This document shows, in pieces, positions 1 to 9,794 of a DNA stretch of 64,000 bases (position 1 is its first letter; each line of letters opens with the position of its first letter). This DNA comes from Planctomycetota bacterium (GTDB lineage: Bacteria > Planctomycetota > Planctomycetia > Pirellulales > Pirellulaceae). The stretch is from positions 13,813 through 77,812 of the forward strand of contig JBCCYK010000003.1 in the NCBI GenBank assembly GCA_039189905.1, in the 5' to 3' direction. Below the pieces are notes generated by a model. That model saw only the letters and a list, made by a program, of their open reading frames with translations, did not search any database and had not been told where the DNA came from. The translations under genes and the position numbers were made by a program.

Positions 1-289
1 TTCTGCCTTGGACGTGTCCATTCAAGCTCAGATCATCAATCTGATGATGGATCTCCAGGACCAACTTGGCATCGCCTACTTGTTCATCTCCCATGATTTA
101 GCCGTCGTCCGACACATCGCGGATCGTGTGGGCGTCATGTATGCAGGGAAGATCGTGGAACTCGCAGCCGCATCCGAATTGTATCGATCACCCCAGCACC
201 CCTACACGCAAGCCTTATTGTCCGCCGTCCCCATTCCAGATCCCGTGGTAGCCCGTCAACGCCAACGGATCCGGCTACCCGCTGAATAA
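1..289 (+). CDS. oligopeptide/dipeptide ABC transporter ATP-binding protein, C-terminal fragment (5' end outside window)
   Basis: The frame is open from the window edge and stops at 287-289. The translation ([53 protein letters not shown]) matches the Walker B/H-loop region and conserved C-terminal domain of DppD/F-OppD/F type ATPases. Confidence 0.85.
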   Translation, partial: SALDVSIQAQIINLMMDLQDQLGIAYLFISHDLAVVRHIADRVGVMYAGKIVELAAASELYRSPQHPYTQALLSAVPIPDPVVARQRQRIRLPAE

Positions 290-358
290 CCTTCACCGCA
301 TGTCGCACGCTGACGCTCCATTACTTCATCGATAAGACCCGCAATTGACGTCCCATCC

Positions 359-1621
359 CTACTTGGCCAGCCACTCGGCAAGCGACGTTTGCTTGGCTGC
401 TGGCTTGAGTTGCTGAGCGAGACGTGACTTCTTGGCTGCGGCGATTTCGGCCACGCACTGAATCGTGCTGGCCAAGGTTTGAGCGGAAGCCGAGGCATCC
501 AGTTTGGCGACGTACGTGATCAGGTAGCGACCTTCTTTGTCACGGCCGATGGTCCAAGACCCCAACTTTGTCCCGGTGTTCTCAGACAACAGTTCCATCA
601 GGACCGGGGGTTCCGGTTGTGTGGTGCTGGCCGCTGCCAGTGCCCAGATCTGCCTCACGTCCGCTTGCTCAAAGTACTCGTAGTCTTTGGCCACGAAAAC
701 GGTGTGGATGTCAGACTCATCCTGGTCGCTGGCATCCGTTGCATCCGTGGTGTCGTCGTTGAGGGTGATCTCGAGTTGTAAGTGGCCGGAATCATGACGC
801 TCATACTCCAAGTCGGTCGTATCCAAGACCTGCGTGATGGGCAGCGGCGCGGGCTTCCACGGAGATTCCAAAAACGTTCTCACCTCTGAGATGTCCACGC
901 AGAAACTGAACAAGTTACCGCGTTTGGAGATCGCCTGAACGATCGCGACCAACTCCCCGTCTTCATTCAAAACTGGCCCGCCACTGTCACCGGTGTTCAA
1001 GGGAGACTGTGTTTCCACCACCTTGAACTTGTGCTCACCGCTGCCCGTGCTGAACTGCTTCTGGTAGACCGCTCGAACACTCCCCGTCGTGAAAACCCAC
1101 AGCGCTTCGCTGCTCCCTGGATTTCCAATCGAATCGATACGGGAACCCGGGCGCGTGCTGTTCTCGGCCATGGGAATCGCCTGGATGCCACTTGGGACCT
1201 TGGTTAACTGAACCAATGCGAGATCACGTTGACGATCCACATGGAGGACCCGCCCTTTGACAGCCAACTTGACCGCATTCGTCAGGTAGTGCTGCTTGTC
1301 GACGATGGGCTCCCCATTCTTCATGGACCGAAAGAAAATCACCACGTTGCGACTGGCGCCAACCACATGCGCGTTGGTGACGAGCAGCCTCCTCTCCTGG
1401 TCAACCAGCACCCCAGTCCCTGTCACGTTCCCGTCGGCGTTGAGGGCCAGCACCCAGGCCGTCGAGTTCAGCCCACGGTTGTAGTTGTCGACGTCCGCGC
1501 GGGCAGTCGCTGCCAGCACGCCAAGAATCAGACTGGCGATCAGCAGGGCGCTGACGCGGAGACGTGAGGGACCTGGAGTGGGGAAGGGGCTTTCGGCCGC
1601 GGGGCATGAGAAGCGTGGCAT
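359..1621 (-). CDS. secreted trypsin-like serine protease with C-terminal YbjN-like domain
   Basis: 420-aa ORF with an N-terminal signal-like segment (RLRVSALLIASLILGVLAATARA). Catalytic-triad contexts are present: TNAHVV, DLALV, GDSGGPV. The C-terminal ~130 aa (LMELLSENTGTKLGSWTIGRDKEGRYLITYVAKLDA) resemble the YbjN / T3SS-chaperone-like fold pattern. Confidence 0.8.
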   Translation of the reverse strand: MPRFSCPAAESPFPTPGPSRLRVSALLIASLILGVLAATARADVDNYNRGLNSTAWVLALNADGNVTGTGVLVDQERRLLVTNAHVVGASRNVVIFFRSMKNGEPIVDKQHYLTNAVKLAVKGRVLHVDRQRDLALVQLTKVPSGIQAIPMAENSTRPGSRIDSIGNPGSSEALWVFTTGSVRAVYQKQFSTGSGEHKFKVVETQSPLNTGDSGGPVLNEDGELVAIVQAISKRGNLFSFCVDISEVRTFLESPWKPAPLPITQVLDTTDLEYERHDSGHLQLEITLNDDTTDATDASDQDESDIHTVFVAKDYEYFEQADVRQIWALAAASTTQPEPPVLMELLSENTGTKLGSWTIGRDKEGRYLITYVAKLDASASAQTLASTIQCVAEIAAAKKSRLAQQLKPAAKQTSLAEWLAK

Positions 1622-1882
1622 GGCGGTCTCCGTGAGTCCAACGGTTGATCGAGTTGAGTTCGCGTCGTCTGACTGTTTCAGAAGGGGATCTGAGGCACGC
1701 CAAGAAGAGCGAAAAGCCGGGCAGTCCGTTACCGAGAAATGACCGATATCCCTTGTTTTTGGTGCCTGGGTGGCGGGTGGACCAAAGGTGTCCGCCCGAT
1801 CGCGATCCTAGTGCTGTCGCCCGGCGGAAATGGCCGTTCGGGGCGATTCGGATGTCCTCAACACTCATCACGGAAGAGTCCC

Positions 1883-2332
1883 ATGCCCAAGTTCTACGCT
1901 CAATGTGGTCCCCATCGATTGGTTGTCACGACCGAAGACGCCTCCACGGCGGCCATGCGTTTGGTCGACATCGCCCTTTCCAACCACGGCTGGATCTATG
2001 ACGACGAAACGCTTTCTGATCGCGACCGACGTGCCCACCTGATGCTGGAAGCCTTGTTGCATTTGGATCCGACCGTTCAGGTCAGCCAACGTGGCTTTGA
2101 CCGTGAGGACGCGTCGAGAATGGGGACACCGGAAACTGTTTCCCATTGGCATGAATCGATGACGGCGGTCGGGCGATTGCTTCAAGCTGCCGGTTTGTCC
2201 CCTCGTCCGATCAGCCAGTTAGCTCCAGTCCCCGTCCAAGCGGAAACTCGTCAGCAAAACGACAGACCTTCTTCGACCGCGAGTGGTTCGTTTGGCACGG
2301 AGGCCACGAACCACCCCAGCAAGCCACGCTGA
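1883..2332 (+). CDS. hypothetical protein
   Basis: Open frame 1739-2332; the first ATG with a plausible N-terminus is at 1883 (MPKFYAQCGPHRLVV). No recognisable motifs. The C-terminal third is low-complexity and polar. Confidence 0.4.
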   Translation: MPKFYAQCGPHRLVVTTEDASTAAMRLVDIALSNHGWIYDDETLSDRDRRAHLMLEALLHLDPTVQVSQRGFDREDASRMGTPETVSHWHESMTAVGRLLQAAGLSPRPISQLAPVPVQAETRQQNDRPSSTASGSFGTEATNHPSKPR

Positions 2333-2365
2333 AGCCGCGCGAGACAACCAGCCGCTAGCGATTGA

Positions 2366-2716
2366 CTTCACCCTCCTAGCAGGAGGGTCGAGCGAAGCGA
2401 GGGGAGGTAGAACCGCAACACAATCAAACACTCCACCAACAAGCAACATGCGTTTCGCACATCGATCTCGCTTCCCACGTTCGTCGCCCCGCTCGAACAC
2501 GAAGTTCGCGCCGCTTCTTGTTTCGGAAAGTCAGTGGCTTCTTTGTCTTCACCTTCCCGCGGCCTTGCCGTGGGAGGGTCGGCCCGCGCGAGCGAGGCCG
2601 GGGAGGGCCGTCGCAGGAAAACAATAACGCTTAAAAAAGTGGTGGGCGGACCCTCCCCGAACTCTCGCCCAAGGCTCGCTTTCGACCCTCCCATCGCTAC
2701 GCGTGGGAGGGTGAAG
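2366..2716. repeat. cluster of three REP-like hairpin repeats (two direct, one inverted)
   Basis: Copies lie at 2366-2407, 2547-2607 and 2651-2716 (the last inverted). All share CTTCACCYTCC-[loop]-GGAGGGTCG-N-GCGAG-N-GGGGAGG. Each contains an inverted repeat, for example ACCCTCCT-agc-AGGAGGGT at 2370-2388. They sit in a 464-nt gap between convergent genes. Confidence 0.7.
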
Positions 2717-2796
2717 CAGAACCGGACAAGCTCCTCGCCAGCCGAAGGCACCATTCCGATGGAAAGGCAAGGAGCAGACGCAATGGCAGCGTGGTT

Positions 2797-4713
2797 TCAA
2801 ATGCGGGCCGACTCGTTGCGCAACCACAGTTCCAACACCAGAAGATTCCACAAGCGATAGCCCTCACTCTGCTCACCTGACTCGTGACGTCGAACCAACT
2901 CGGAGATCGGCTCGCGTCGCAGAATCGACTGCAAAGGTGAATCATCGGCCAACAAAGTATCATGCACCAGCGGCTTGAACTCGTTTCGAAACCAGTCGTG
3001 GATGGGAATCCCAAACCCCATTTTTTGACGCGTGAAGATGTTCGACGGGATGCGGTTGCCAAATGTGTCTTGCAGCAAGAGCTTGCCACGCCCGCCGCGA
3101 AACTTCAGGCTGATTGGCAAGGAAGCCGCAAACTCCACCACGCGGTAGTCCAGCATCGGCTGGCGGACTTCCAAGCCATGCGCCATGGATGCGATGTCCA
3201 CCTTGGTCATCAAGTCGCACACCAAGTACGACTGCAGATCCAACAGCGAAGCGCGCGTCGCGAGATCACGCCCCGCACTTCGCTTCCAAATCTGATCCAA
3301 GAAATCAACCGGGTCGCTGTCCGGCAACGTTTCGACAAACTCATCCGTGTAGAGACGGGCACGCATCGTTTCCGAAAAGATCTGCAACCAATTCAAATAG
3401 CGTCTCAACGGATCCTGATCCAGCGCTTCGAGGAAGCGTTTGGCGCGCCGCAGGATCGAGTAACGGCGATTCGAATTGGGAATGCGTTGCACCAGACCAA
3501 TCCCGGGCAATCGGTGGAGGGGTAACCGGCGACGCAGACGATCACTCAACCAAAGTGCCCGATAGCGGTCGTATCCGGCGAACAATTCGTCGCCGCCGTC
3601 ACCCGACAAAGCCACGGTGACGTCTCTGCGTGTCAACTCAGACAGGTACCAGGTTGGCATCGCAGAACTGTCGCCGTACGGCTCATCGTATTGCTCCACC
3701 AAACGATCGATGATTCCGATGGCGTCGGGTGTGACCTCAAAGCGAGTGTGCTGGGTTTGCAAGTGCTCCGCAACTTGAGCCGCGTAGGCAGTCTCGTCAA
3801 AGTCGGCAATGGGAAACCCAATGCTAAAAGTTCGCAACGTCTGTTCGGTCGCATCTTGTGCAAGTGCCGTGATCAGGGAGGAATCGATCCCTCCCGAAAG
3901 AAACGCACCCAGAGGCACGTCGCTTCTCATACGCAGCCGGACGGAATCCTCCAACAGCTCCTGCAGCTTCTCGATCGCGTCGCCCTTCTCGATGGCGATC
4001 TCGCGAGACGGATCAAAGTGCCAATAATTCTGAACCTGCAAACCCGATCGATCAAATACCGCCATGTGCCCTGGCGGCAGTTTCTTCACACCCTGATAGA
4101 TCGTGCCGGGATGTGGCACGTATTGATACAGCAGGAACTCATCAATGGCTGCGGGATCGATCTGCTCACAGACACCCGGCACTCGCTTGAGTGACTTCAG
4201 TTCGCTCGCAAAGACAAGGCGATCATCCTTCAAGCAGTAATGCAGCGGCTTCTGCCCGATACGATCACGTGCCAACACAAGACGATGACGATTGGAATCC
4301 CAGATCGCGACAGCCAACATGCCGTTGAGTTGTTGAAAGCAGTCGAGTCCAAGATCCTCATACAGATGCAGGATGGTTTCGCCATCACCGTCCGTCTTGA
4401 AACGATGGCCGCTTCCCTCCAAGCGACGACGCAGAACGGGGTAGTTGTAAATCTCCCCGTTGAAGACCATGTGGATGCTGTCATCTTCATTCGACAGCGG
4501 CTGGCGCGCCCCCTCGACATCGATGATCGACAACCTGCGAAAACCGAGACCGACGCCACAGACATGACCCGACGCGTCCCGATGCTCCGGATCCATCCAG
4601 ATCTGAGCATCATCGGGCCCCCGATGCGAAATGGCCTCCGTCATCGACCGCAAAAGACTGGCATCCACGCGGCGACGGTCGTCATGCCAAACCGCGCCCG
4701 CGATGCCGCACAT
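2797..4713 (-). CDS. asnB: asparagine synthase (glutamine-hydrolysing)
   Basis: Canonical N-terminus MCGIAG (Cys2 nucleophile) at 4713; the longer ORF reaching 4833 is probably an upstream extension. The PP-loop SGGIDSS is present. Length is about 638 aa. Confidence 0.9.
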   Translation of the reverse strand: MCGIAGAVWHDDRRRVDASLLRSMTEAISHRGPDDAQIWMDPEHRDASGHVCGVGLGFRRLSIIDVEGARQPLSNEDDSIHMVFNGEIYNYPVLRRRLEGSGHRFKTDGDGETILHLYEDLGLDCFQQLNGMLAVAIWDSNRHRLVLARDRIGQKPLHYCLKDDRLVFASELKSLKRVPGVCEQIDPAAIDEFLLYQYVPHPGTIYQGVKKLPPGHMAVFDRSGLQVQNYWHFDPSREIAIEKGDAIEKLQELLEDSVRLRMRSDVPLGAFLSGGIDSSLITALAQDATEQTLRTFSIGFPIADFDETAYAAQVAEHLQTQHTRFEVTPDAIGIIDRLVEQYDEPYGDSSAMPTWYLSELTRRDVTVALSGDGGDELFAGYDRYRALWLSDRLRRRLPLHRLPGIGLVQRIPNSNRRYSILRRAKRFLEALDQDPLRRYLNWLQIFSETMRARLYTDEFVETLPDSDPVDFLDQIWKRSAGRDLATRASLLDLQSYLVCDLMTKVDIASMAHGLEVRQPMLDYRVVEFAASLPISLKFRGGRGKLLLQDTFGNRIPSNIFTRQKMGFGIPIHDWFRNEFKPLVHDTLLADDSPLQSILRREPISELVRRHESGEQSEGYRLWNLLVLELWLRNESARI

Positions 4714-4904
4714 GCTGTAGTTACCCCGAATAGGACAAGCAAAGAAGGTTTCAGAAGCGGCAATATACCGGCTGAAACCGCTCGAACCGACCGGGGTGGC
4801 CGGCCCCGCCCAGCGATCCGATTGGGAAGCCATTTCAACGCCCCATATCGCGCGTTATTCTCGCGGCATCGTCCCGGCGCCTCCCCACCTTGCTCAGGTT
4901 GTCC

Positions 4905-7900
4905 ATGTCCGAATCGCCGCTCGCAGATCCCGATTCCGAGACCGCCTCCAAGCCCAACCGGCCTTTTGTCCACCTGCACTGCCACAGCCACTACAGCCTG
5001 TTGGACGGTGCCGGGGACATTAAGAAGCTGGTCGGTCGGTGCGTGGACCACGGCATGAACTCCCTGGCATTGACCGACCACGGCAACCTGCATGGTGCGC
5101 TCGAGTTTTATCGCGCGTGTAAGGGCGCTTCGATCAATCCCATCATCGGATATGAAGCCTACATCGCGCCGGGAAGCCGTTTTGATAAAGGCGGTGCATC
5201 CAGCAGCAAGGCGGCCAGCTATCACCTGACCTTGCTTGCGCAAAACCGCACTGGCTTCCGCAACCTCATCAAGCTCGCGTCTGCTGCTTCCCTCGAGGGT
5301 TTCTATTTCAAGCCACGGATCGATCGCGAGATCCTGGAGAAGTACAGCGAAGGCATCGTTTGTCTCTCCGGATGTGTGAGCAGCGAGTTCAGCCGCGCGG
5401 TGATTCGCGGCGTTGACACCGCGGAACACGAACAGGAAGCCAAGAAGATCGCGGGCTGGTTTCACAAGGTGTTTGGCGATCGTTACTTCATCGAGATCAT
5501 GAACAATGATGTCGAAATTCAGAAGCAACAGCTCGACGGTGCCGTTCAGATCGCCAACCGCATGGGCCTGCCCCTGGTTGCGACCAGCGATACCCACTAT
5601 GTCGATCCGGAGGACGCGGAAGCTCAGGACATCATGCTGTGCATCAACACGGGACGTTTTCGCACCGATAGCTCACGAATGCGGATGGAGAACGATCAGT
5701 TCTTCCTGCGTAGTCCCGAGCAAATGTACGAGAAGTTCCCGGGTCTGGAGGACGCGGTCGCACGCAGCCAGTCCATTGCCGATTCGGTCGACATTGATCT
5801 GGAACTGGGGAAGTACTACTTCCCCAACTTCGAGTGCCCCGAGCAGAAAACACCGCTCGAATACCTTCGTGAACTGTGCCTCAAAGGACTCTTTGAGCGT
5901 TACGAAGGCGACGAGACGCGCATCCTGGATGGAGAACTCTCCGATGAGGTGATGGCGCGGCTCGATCGCGAACTGGGTGTGATCGAGAAACTCGGGTACC
6001 CGACCTACTTTTTGATTGTCTGGGACTTCGTCCACCACGCCCGATCCAAGGGAATCTCGGCCACGGCACGGGGATCCGGCGTGGGCGCCTTGGTTTGCTA
6101 CGCCCTTTATCTGTCACACGTCTGCCCGCTTCGCTATGACCTGTTGTTCGAACGCTTCTTGGATGAAAGCCGTACCGAACCGCCCGATATCGATATCGAC
6201 TTTGAGAAAGAACGCCGACAAGAAGTCATCGATTATGTGAAGGAACGTTACGGTCACGAGATGGTGTGCCAGATCGGGACCTTCGGAACCCTGGCTGCGC
6301 GTGCGGCGATCAAGGATGTCGGTCGGGCCTTGGGCGTTCCCCTTGCACGCGTCAATCAGATCACCGAAATGGTGCCTGATGAACTGAAAATCACGATCGC
6401 CAAGGCTCTGGATAAGAGCGCGGATCTGAAACAGACCTACGACGGAGATCCCGAGGTCCGCGAACTCCTGGATCTCGCCATGAAGATCGAGGGATTGGCG
6501 CGCAACGTGGGGACACACGCCGCCGCCGTCGTGATCGCTGATAAACCGTTGACGGAATACGTTCCTTTGGGGCGTGTCCCCGGCAAACAAGACGTGATCA
6601 CCCAGTGGTCCATGAACGACGTGGAAGCCTCGGGTTTACTCAAGATGGACTTCTTGGGGCTTCGCAACCTGACGATCCTGTCACGAGCCGTGCAGCTGGT
6701 AAAGCAAACCACCGGTCAGGACATCGATCCGCTGAAATTCCCACTGGATGACAAAGAGTCGTACGCGCTTTTGCAACGCGGTGAAACCAAAGGGGTGTTT
6801 CAACTGGAGTCAGGCGGCATTCGCGACCTGCTGCAACGAATGAAACCGGACGCCTTCACGGACATCATCGCGACGGCCGCCTTGTATCGTCCGGGTCCGC
6901 TCGAGGGCGGCATGGTGGACGACTACGTCAACATCAAGCACGGCCGCCAACAACCGGAATACAAACACCCGGTTTTGAAAGAAGTCCTGGAAGAAACCAA
7001 TTCAATCATGGTTTATCAGGAACAAGTCATGCGGATTCTCAACCGACTCGGTGGGATCCCTCTGGCCAATGCGTATACCTGCATCAAAGCCATCAGTAAG
7101 AAGAAAGAGGCCCTGATCAATCAGAACTACGAGGCTTTCATTGCTGGCTCCGTCAAAAACGGTCTCGACAAGAAAGATGCGGAAGAGATCTGGAACCTCA
7201 TCATCAAGTTTGCAGGCTACGGGTTCAACAAATGCGTCGTTGGCGAAACCGAAGTCGTGGACGCCGAAACCGGCGAGCATGTTCGCATCAGCGACCTTTT
7301 TCACCATCGCCGTCCATTCAAGGTCGCGGCGCTCGATGAGAACCAGCGTCTACGCGTTCGAAAGGTCCGCGATGTCGTTTGGAATGGTGTTCAACCAACC
7401 TTCGAAGTCAGCTTGAGATCAGGTCGCTCCATCACCGCCACCGGCAATCATCCGCTTCGTGTCTTCGACGGATGGAAGAACGTGGAAGACCTGCAGGCGG
7501 GAGAGCATGTTGGCATTGCGCGGGTCCAAGCGGTCGCCCAACCCGTCACTTGGGAAGACCACGAAGTGATCACCTTGGGTTGGCTCCTGTCAGAAGGAAA
7601 CCTCTGCCACCCAACATGTTTGTACTTCTATTCCAATGACGAATCTCAAGTCGAGGACTTCGTGACCTTCTCCGCGATGTTTGAGGCGACTTCGCCACGG
7701 ATTGATCGACGTTCGGATGGGCGCATCGAAGTGTGCCTGTCCACGGGAACTGCGACTCGCTTTGATCAGGTCGCTTCGGTGGGCGTGGGGACCTGCGTTG
7801 CCGCGACGCAGCTCTCGGGTTTGCGTTGTGAAGCCTATCGGTGGATCGAACGACTGGGGCTGCTCGACAAAAAGGCCACCGAGAAGTTTATGCCACCGGA

Positions 7901-9713
7901 CGCCATGCGATTGGGGGAACGACAAACCGCATTGCTGCTGGGACGACTCTGGGCGGGCGACGGTTATGTCGAGCAGGTAGGCCAACAATCCTACTACGCC
8001 ACATCGTCCATCTCCCTCGCTCGAGGCGTCCAGTTCTTGCTTCAGCGTTTGGGCATTCCATCGCGTTTGACCGAGAAGGCATTTCCGTACAAGTACCGGA
8101 AAGACTCAACTCAACGACCAGGCTTCACGGTGCACCTCGTTGGTCACGAGGGCCGGTATCGATTCCTGACGAAAGTGGGCCCTCACATCTGCGGCAAAGA
8201 AAATGCCGTGGCCGCGGTCTTGGACAAAATGGAGTCCGGTTCCGGCCTGACAACCGGTGACTTGATTCCGACCGAAGTTCGGAAGATCGTTCAACGAAAG
8301 AGGAGTGCTGCCCAGATTCCATGGCGTGAACTGGAATCCGACAGCGATGTCTTTTACGACGAAGTTGTTTCGATTGAACCGAAAGGTTTCCAGGACGTGT
8401 ATGACCTGGAGGTAGAAGACGACCACAACTTTGTCGCCAATGGAATCATCGTCCACAACTCGCACAGTACGGCGTACGCGTTGGTTGCGTACCAAACCGC
8501 TTATCTGAAAGCGCATTATCCGGTCGAATTCATGGCCGCGTTGCTGTCGAGTGATATCTCGGGACGCAACTTCAAACGCAAGGACGCCTTGGTCGAACAC
8601 ATGGAAGATTGCGATCGGATGGGCATTGAGATCAACCCGCCCGACGTCAATCGCTCGGATGCGGACTTTGCGGTGCAGGATGGAAGGATCAACTTCGCCC
8701 TCTCAGCAATCAAGGCCTGCGGCGGTTCGACAGCCACCACCATCGAATCGGAACGCAAAAAGAACGGTCCCTACAAAGACATTTTCGACTTTTGTGAACG
8801 AGTGGATCCTGGTGCCTGCAACCGAAGCGCGATTGAAACGCTCGTCAAAGCCGGTGCGATGGACAGCCTGGGACACCACCGGAGCCAGCTGGCTGCCGTG
8901 ATTGATCGTGCCTTGCAATCGGGCGCGGCCATCCAAGCCGACAAGAAACACGGCCAGGCTTCGCTGTTTGGGGCGTTTGACGAGGAAGACGCGCTCGAAA
9001 GTGATCAACCCGCCGTTCCCATGCCCGACATGGACGAGTGGCCGGACCGCGAGAAGCTTTTGGCTGAGAAAGAGGTTCTTGGCTTCTATCTGGAAAGCCA
9101 CCCGCTGGCGGAGTTCGAATCCAAGTTAGCGACGTTCCGCACGCACACCACGGATGATCTGGCGGAATGCGATGACCGCGCGGAAGTCATCCTCGGCGGT
9201 ATGATCAGCAGTATCAAATTCGCACACACCAAGAATGGGAAGCCAGGTCAGCCAACCAAGTATGCCAACTTCGATCTCGAGGACATGCAAGGAAGTGTCC
9301 GTTGCATCGTTTGGCCCAAGGGTTTTGTCACCGTGGGTGATCACGTGCAAGCCGACTCCGTTGTCTTAGCGAAAGGCAAGGTGGACCGACGCGGCGGGGG
9401 CGATGAAGTCAATTTGATCATTGATGAGCTGATTCCGATCAATGACCTGGACACTCGCTACACGCACGGGATCCGTATTCGGTTGAACGAAACCAACCAC
9501 GATCAATCCACCATCGCAGGTATCCGCGAAGTCATGCGAGGTTATCCCGGTTCCAAAGAACTCCACTTCACCATGGATTTGTGTGAAGGCGAAACGGTCC
9601 ACCTCAAAGCGGACCGATTTCGCGTGGACATCACACCCGAACTGCGTTCCCGCTTGGATGACCTCTTGGGCGATGGCCATTACCGACTGATGATGAGCAA
9701 ACCAAAACGCTAG
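4905..9713 (+). CDS. dnaE: DNA polymerase III alpha subunit, intein-containing precursor
   Basis: PHP domain motif HLHCHSHYSLLDG is present, along with polymerase core motifs and a C-terminal OB-fold region. The ORF track starts at a TTG (4890); the first ATG is at 4905. The product is about 1600 aa, and about 1190 aa after removing the 409-aa insert, which is normal DnaE size. Confidence 0.93.
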   Translation: MSESPLADPDSETASKPNRPFVHLHCHSHYSLLDGAGDIKKLVGRCVDHGMNSLALTDHGNLHGALEFYRACKGASINPIIGYEAYIAPGSRFDKGGASSSKAASYHLTLLAQNRTGFRNLIKLASAASLEGFYFKPRIDREILEKYSEGIVCLSGCVSSEFSRAVIRGVDTAEHEQEAKKIAGWFHKVFGDRYFIEIMNNDVEIQKQQLDGAVQIANRMGLPLVATSDTHYVDPEDAEAQDIMLCINTGRFRTDSSRMRMENDQFFLRSPEQMYEKFPGLEDAVARSQSIADSVDIDLELGKYYFPNFECPEQKTPLEYLRELCLKGLFERYEGDETRILDGELSDEVMARLDRELGVIEKLGYPTYFLIVWDFVHHARSKGISATARGSGVGALVCYALYLSHVCPLRYDLLFERFLDESRTEPPDIDIDFEKERRQEVIDYVKERYGHEMVCQIGTFGTLAARAAIKDVGRALGVPLARVNQITEMVPDELKITIAKALDKSADLKQTYDGDPEVRELLDLAMKIEGLARNVGTHAAAVVIADKPLTEYVPLGRVPGKQDVITQWSMNDVEASGLLKMDFLGLRNLTILSRAVQLVKQTTGQDIDPLKFPLDDKESYALLQRGETKGVFQLESGGIRDLLQRMKPDAFTDIIATAALYRPGPLEGGMVDDYVNIKHGRQQPEYKHPVLKEVLEETNSIMVYQEQVMRILNRLGGIPLANAYTCIKAISKKKEALINQNYEAFIAGSVKNGLDKKDAEEIWNLIIKFAGYGFNKCVVGETEVVDAETGEHVRISDLFHHRRPFKVAALDENQRLRVRKVRDVVWNGVQPTFEVSLRSGRSITATGNHPLRVFDGWKNVEDLQAGEHVGIARVQAVAQPVTWEDHEVITLGWLLSEGNLCHPTCLYFYSNDESQVEDFVTFSAMFEATSPRIDRRSDGRIEVCLSTGTATRFDQVASVGVGTCVAATQLSGLRCEAYRWIERLGLLDKKATEKFMPPDAMRLGERQTALLLGRLWAGDGYVEQVGQQSYYATSSISLARGVQFLLQRLGIPSRLTEKAFPYKYRKDSTQRPGFTVHLVGHEGRYRFLTKVGPHICGKENAVAAVLDKMESGSGLTTGDLIPTEVRKIVQRKRSAAQIPWRELESDSDVFYDEVVSIEPKGFQDVYDLEVEDDHNFVANGIIVHNSHSTAYALVAYQTAYLKAHYPVEFMAALLSSDISGRNFKRKDALVEHMEDCDRMGIEINPPDVNRSDADFAVQDGRINFALSAIKACGGSTATTIESERKKNGPYKDIFDFCERVDPGACNRSAIETLVKAGAMDSLGHHRSQLAAVIDRALQSGAAIQADKKHGQASLFGAFDEEDALESDQPAVPMPDMDEWPDREKLLAEKEVLGFYLESHPLAEFESKLATFRTHTTDDLAECDDRAEVILGGMISSIKFAHTKNGKPGQPTKYANFDLEDMQGSVRCIVWPKGFVTVGDHVQADSVVLAKGKVDRRGGGDEVNLIIDELIPINDLDTRYTHGIRIRLNETNHDQSTIAGIREVMRGYPGSKELHFTMDLCEGETVHLKADRFRVDITPELRSRLDDLLGDGHYRLMMSKPKR
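7233..8459 (+). mobile_element. intein with LAGLIDADG homing-endonuclease domain inserted in dnaE
   Basis: The insert starts with Cys (CVVGETEV, block A) directly after GYGFNK and ends IIVHN followed by Ser (SHSTAYALVAYQTAYLKAHYP). Block B is ATGNHPL. LAGLIDADG-like motifs are LGWLLSEGN (about 7575-7601) and LLGRLWAGDGY (about 7934-7966). Block F is VYDLEVEDDHNFVANG. Removing it restores the conserved GYGFNKSHSTAYA motif. Confidence 0.9.
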
Positions 9714-9794
9714 CCGGCACCGTCGGGCCCCAAGCGCAAAGCCTAGGACCCGGAAAGTGACCACCGATAGCGGCCTCGGTACTGTCGGAGCGAA

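Noticed and set aside
2283-2627. 114-aa ORF, and others at 2368-2754 and 2534-2860, in the asnB-downstream gap
   Set aside because: They read through the REP-like repeats in several frames and on both strands, giving Pro/Arg/Gly-rich products. Repeat-derived ORFs are a known annotation artefact.
4641-5597. 318-aa minus-strand ORF spanning the asnB/dnaE intergenic region and the dnaE 5' end
   Set aside because: It overlaps the dnaE PHP-domain coding region on the opposite strand and has no recognisable motifs. The asnB and dnaE boundaries explain the region.
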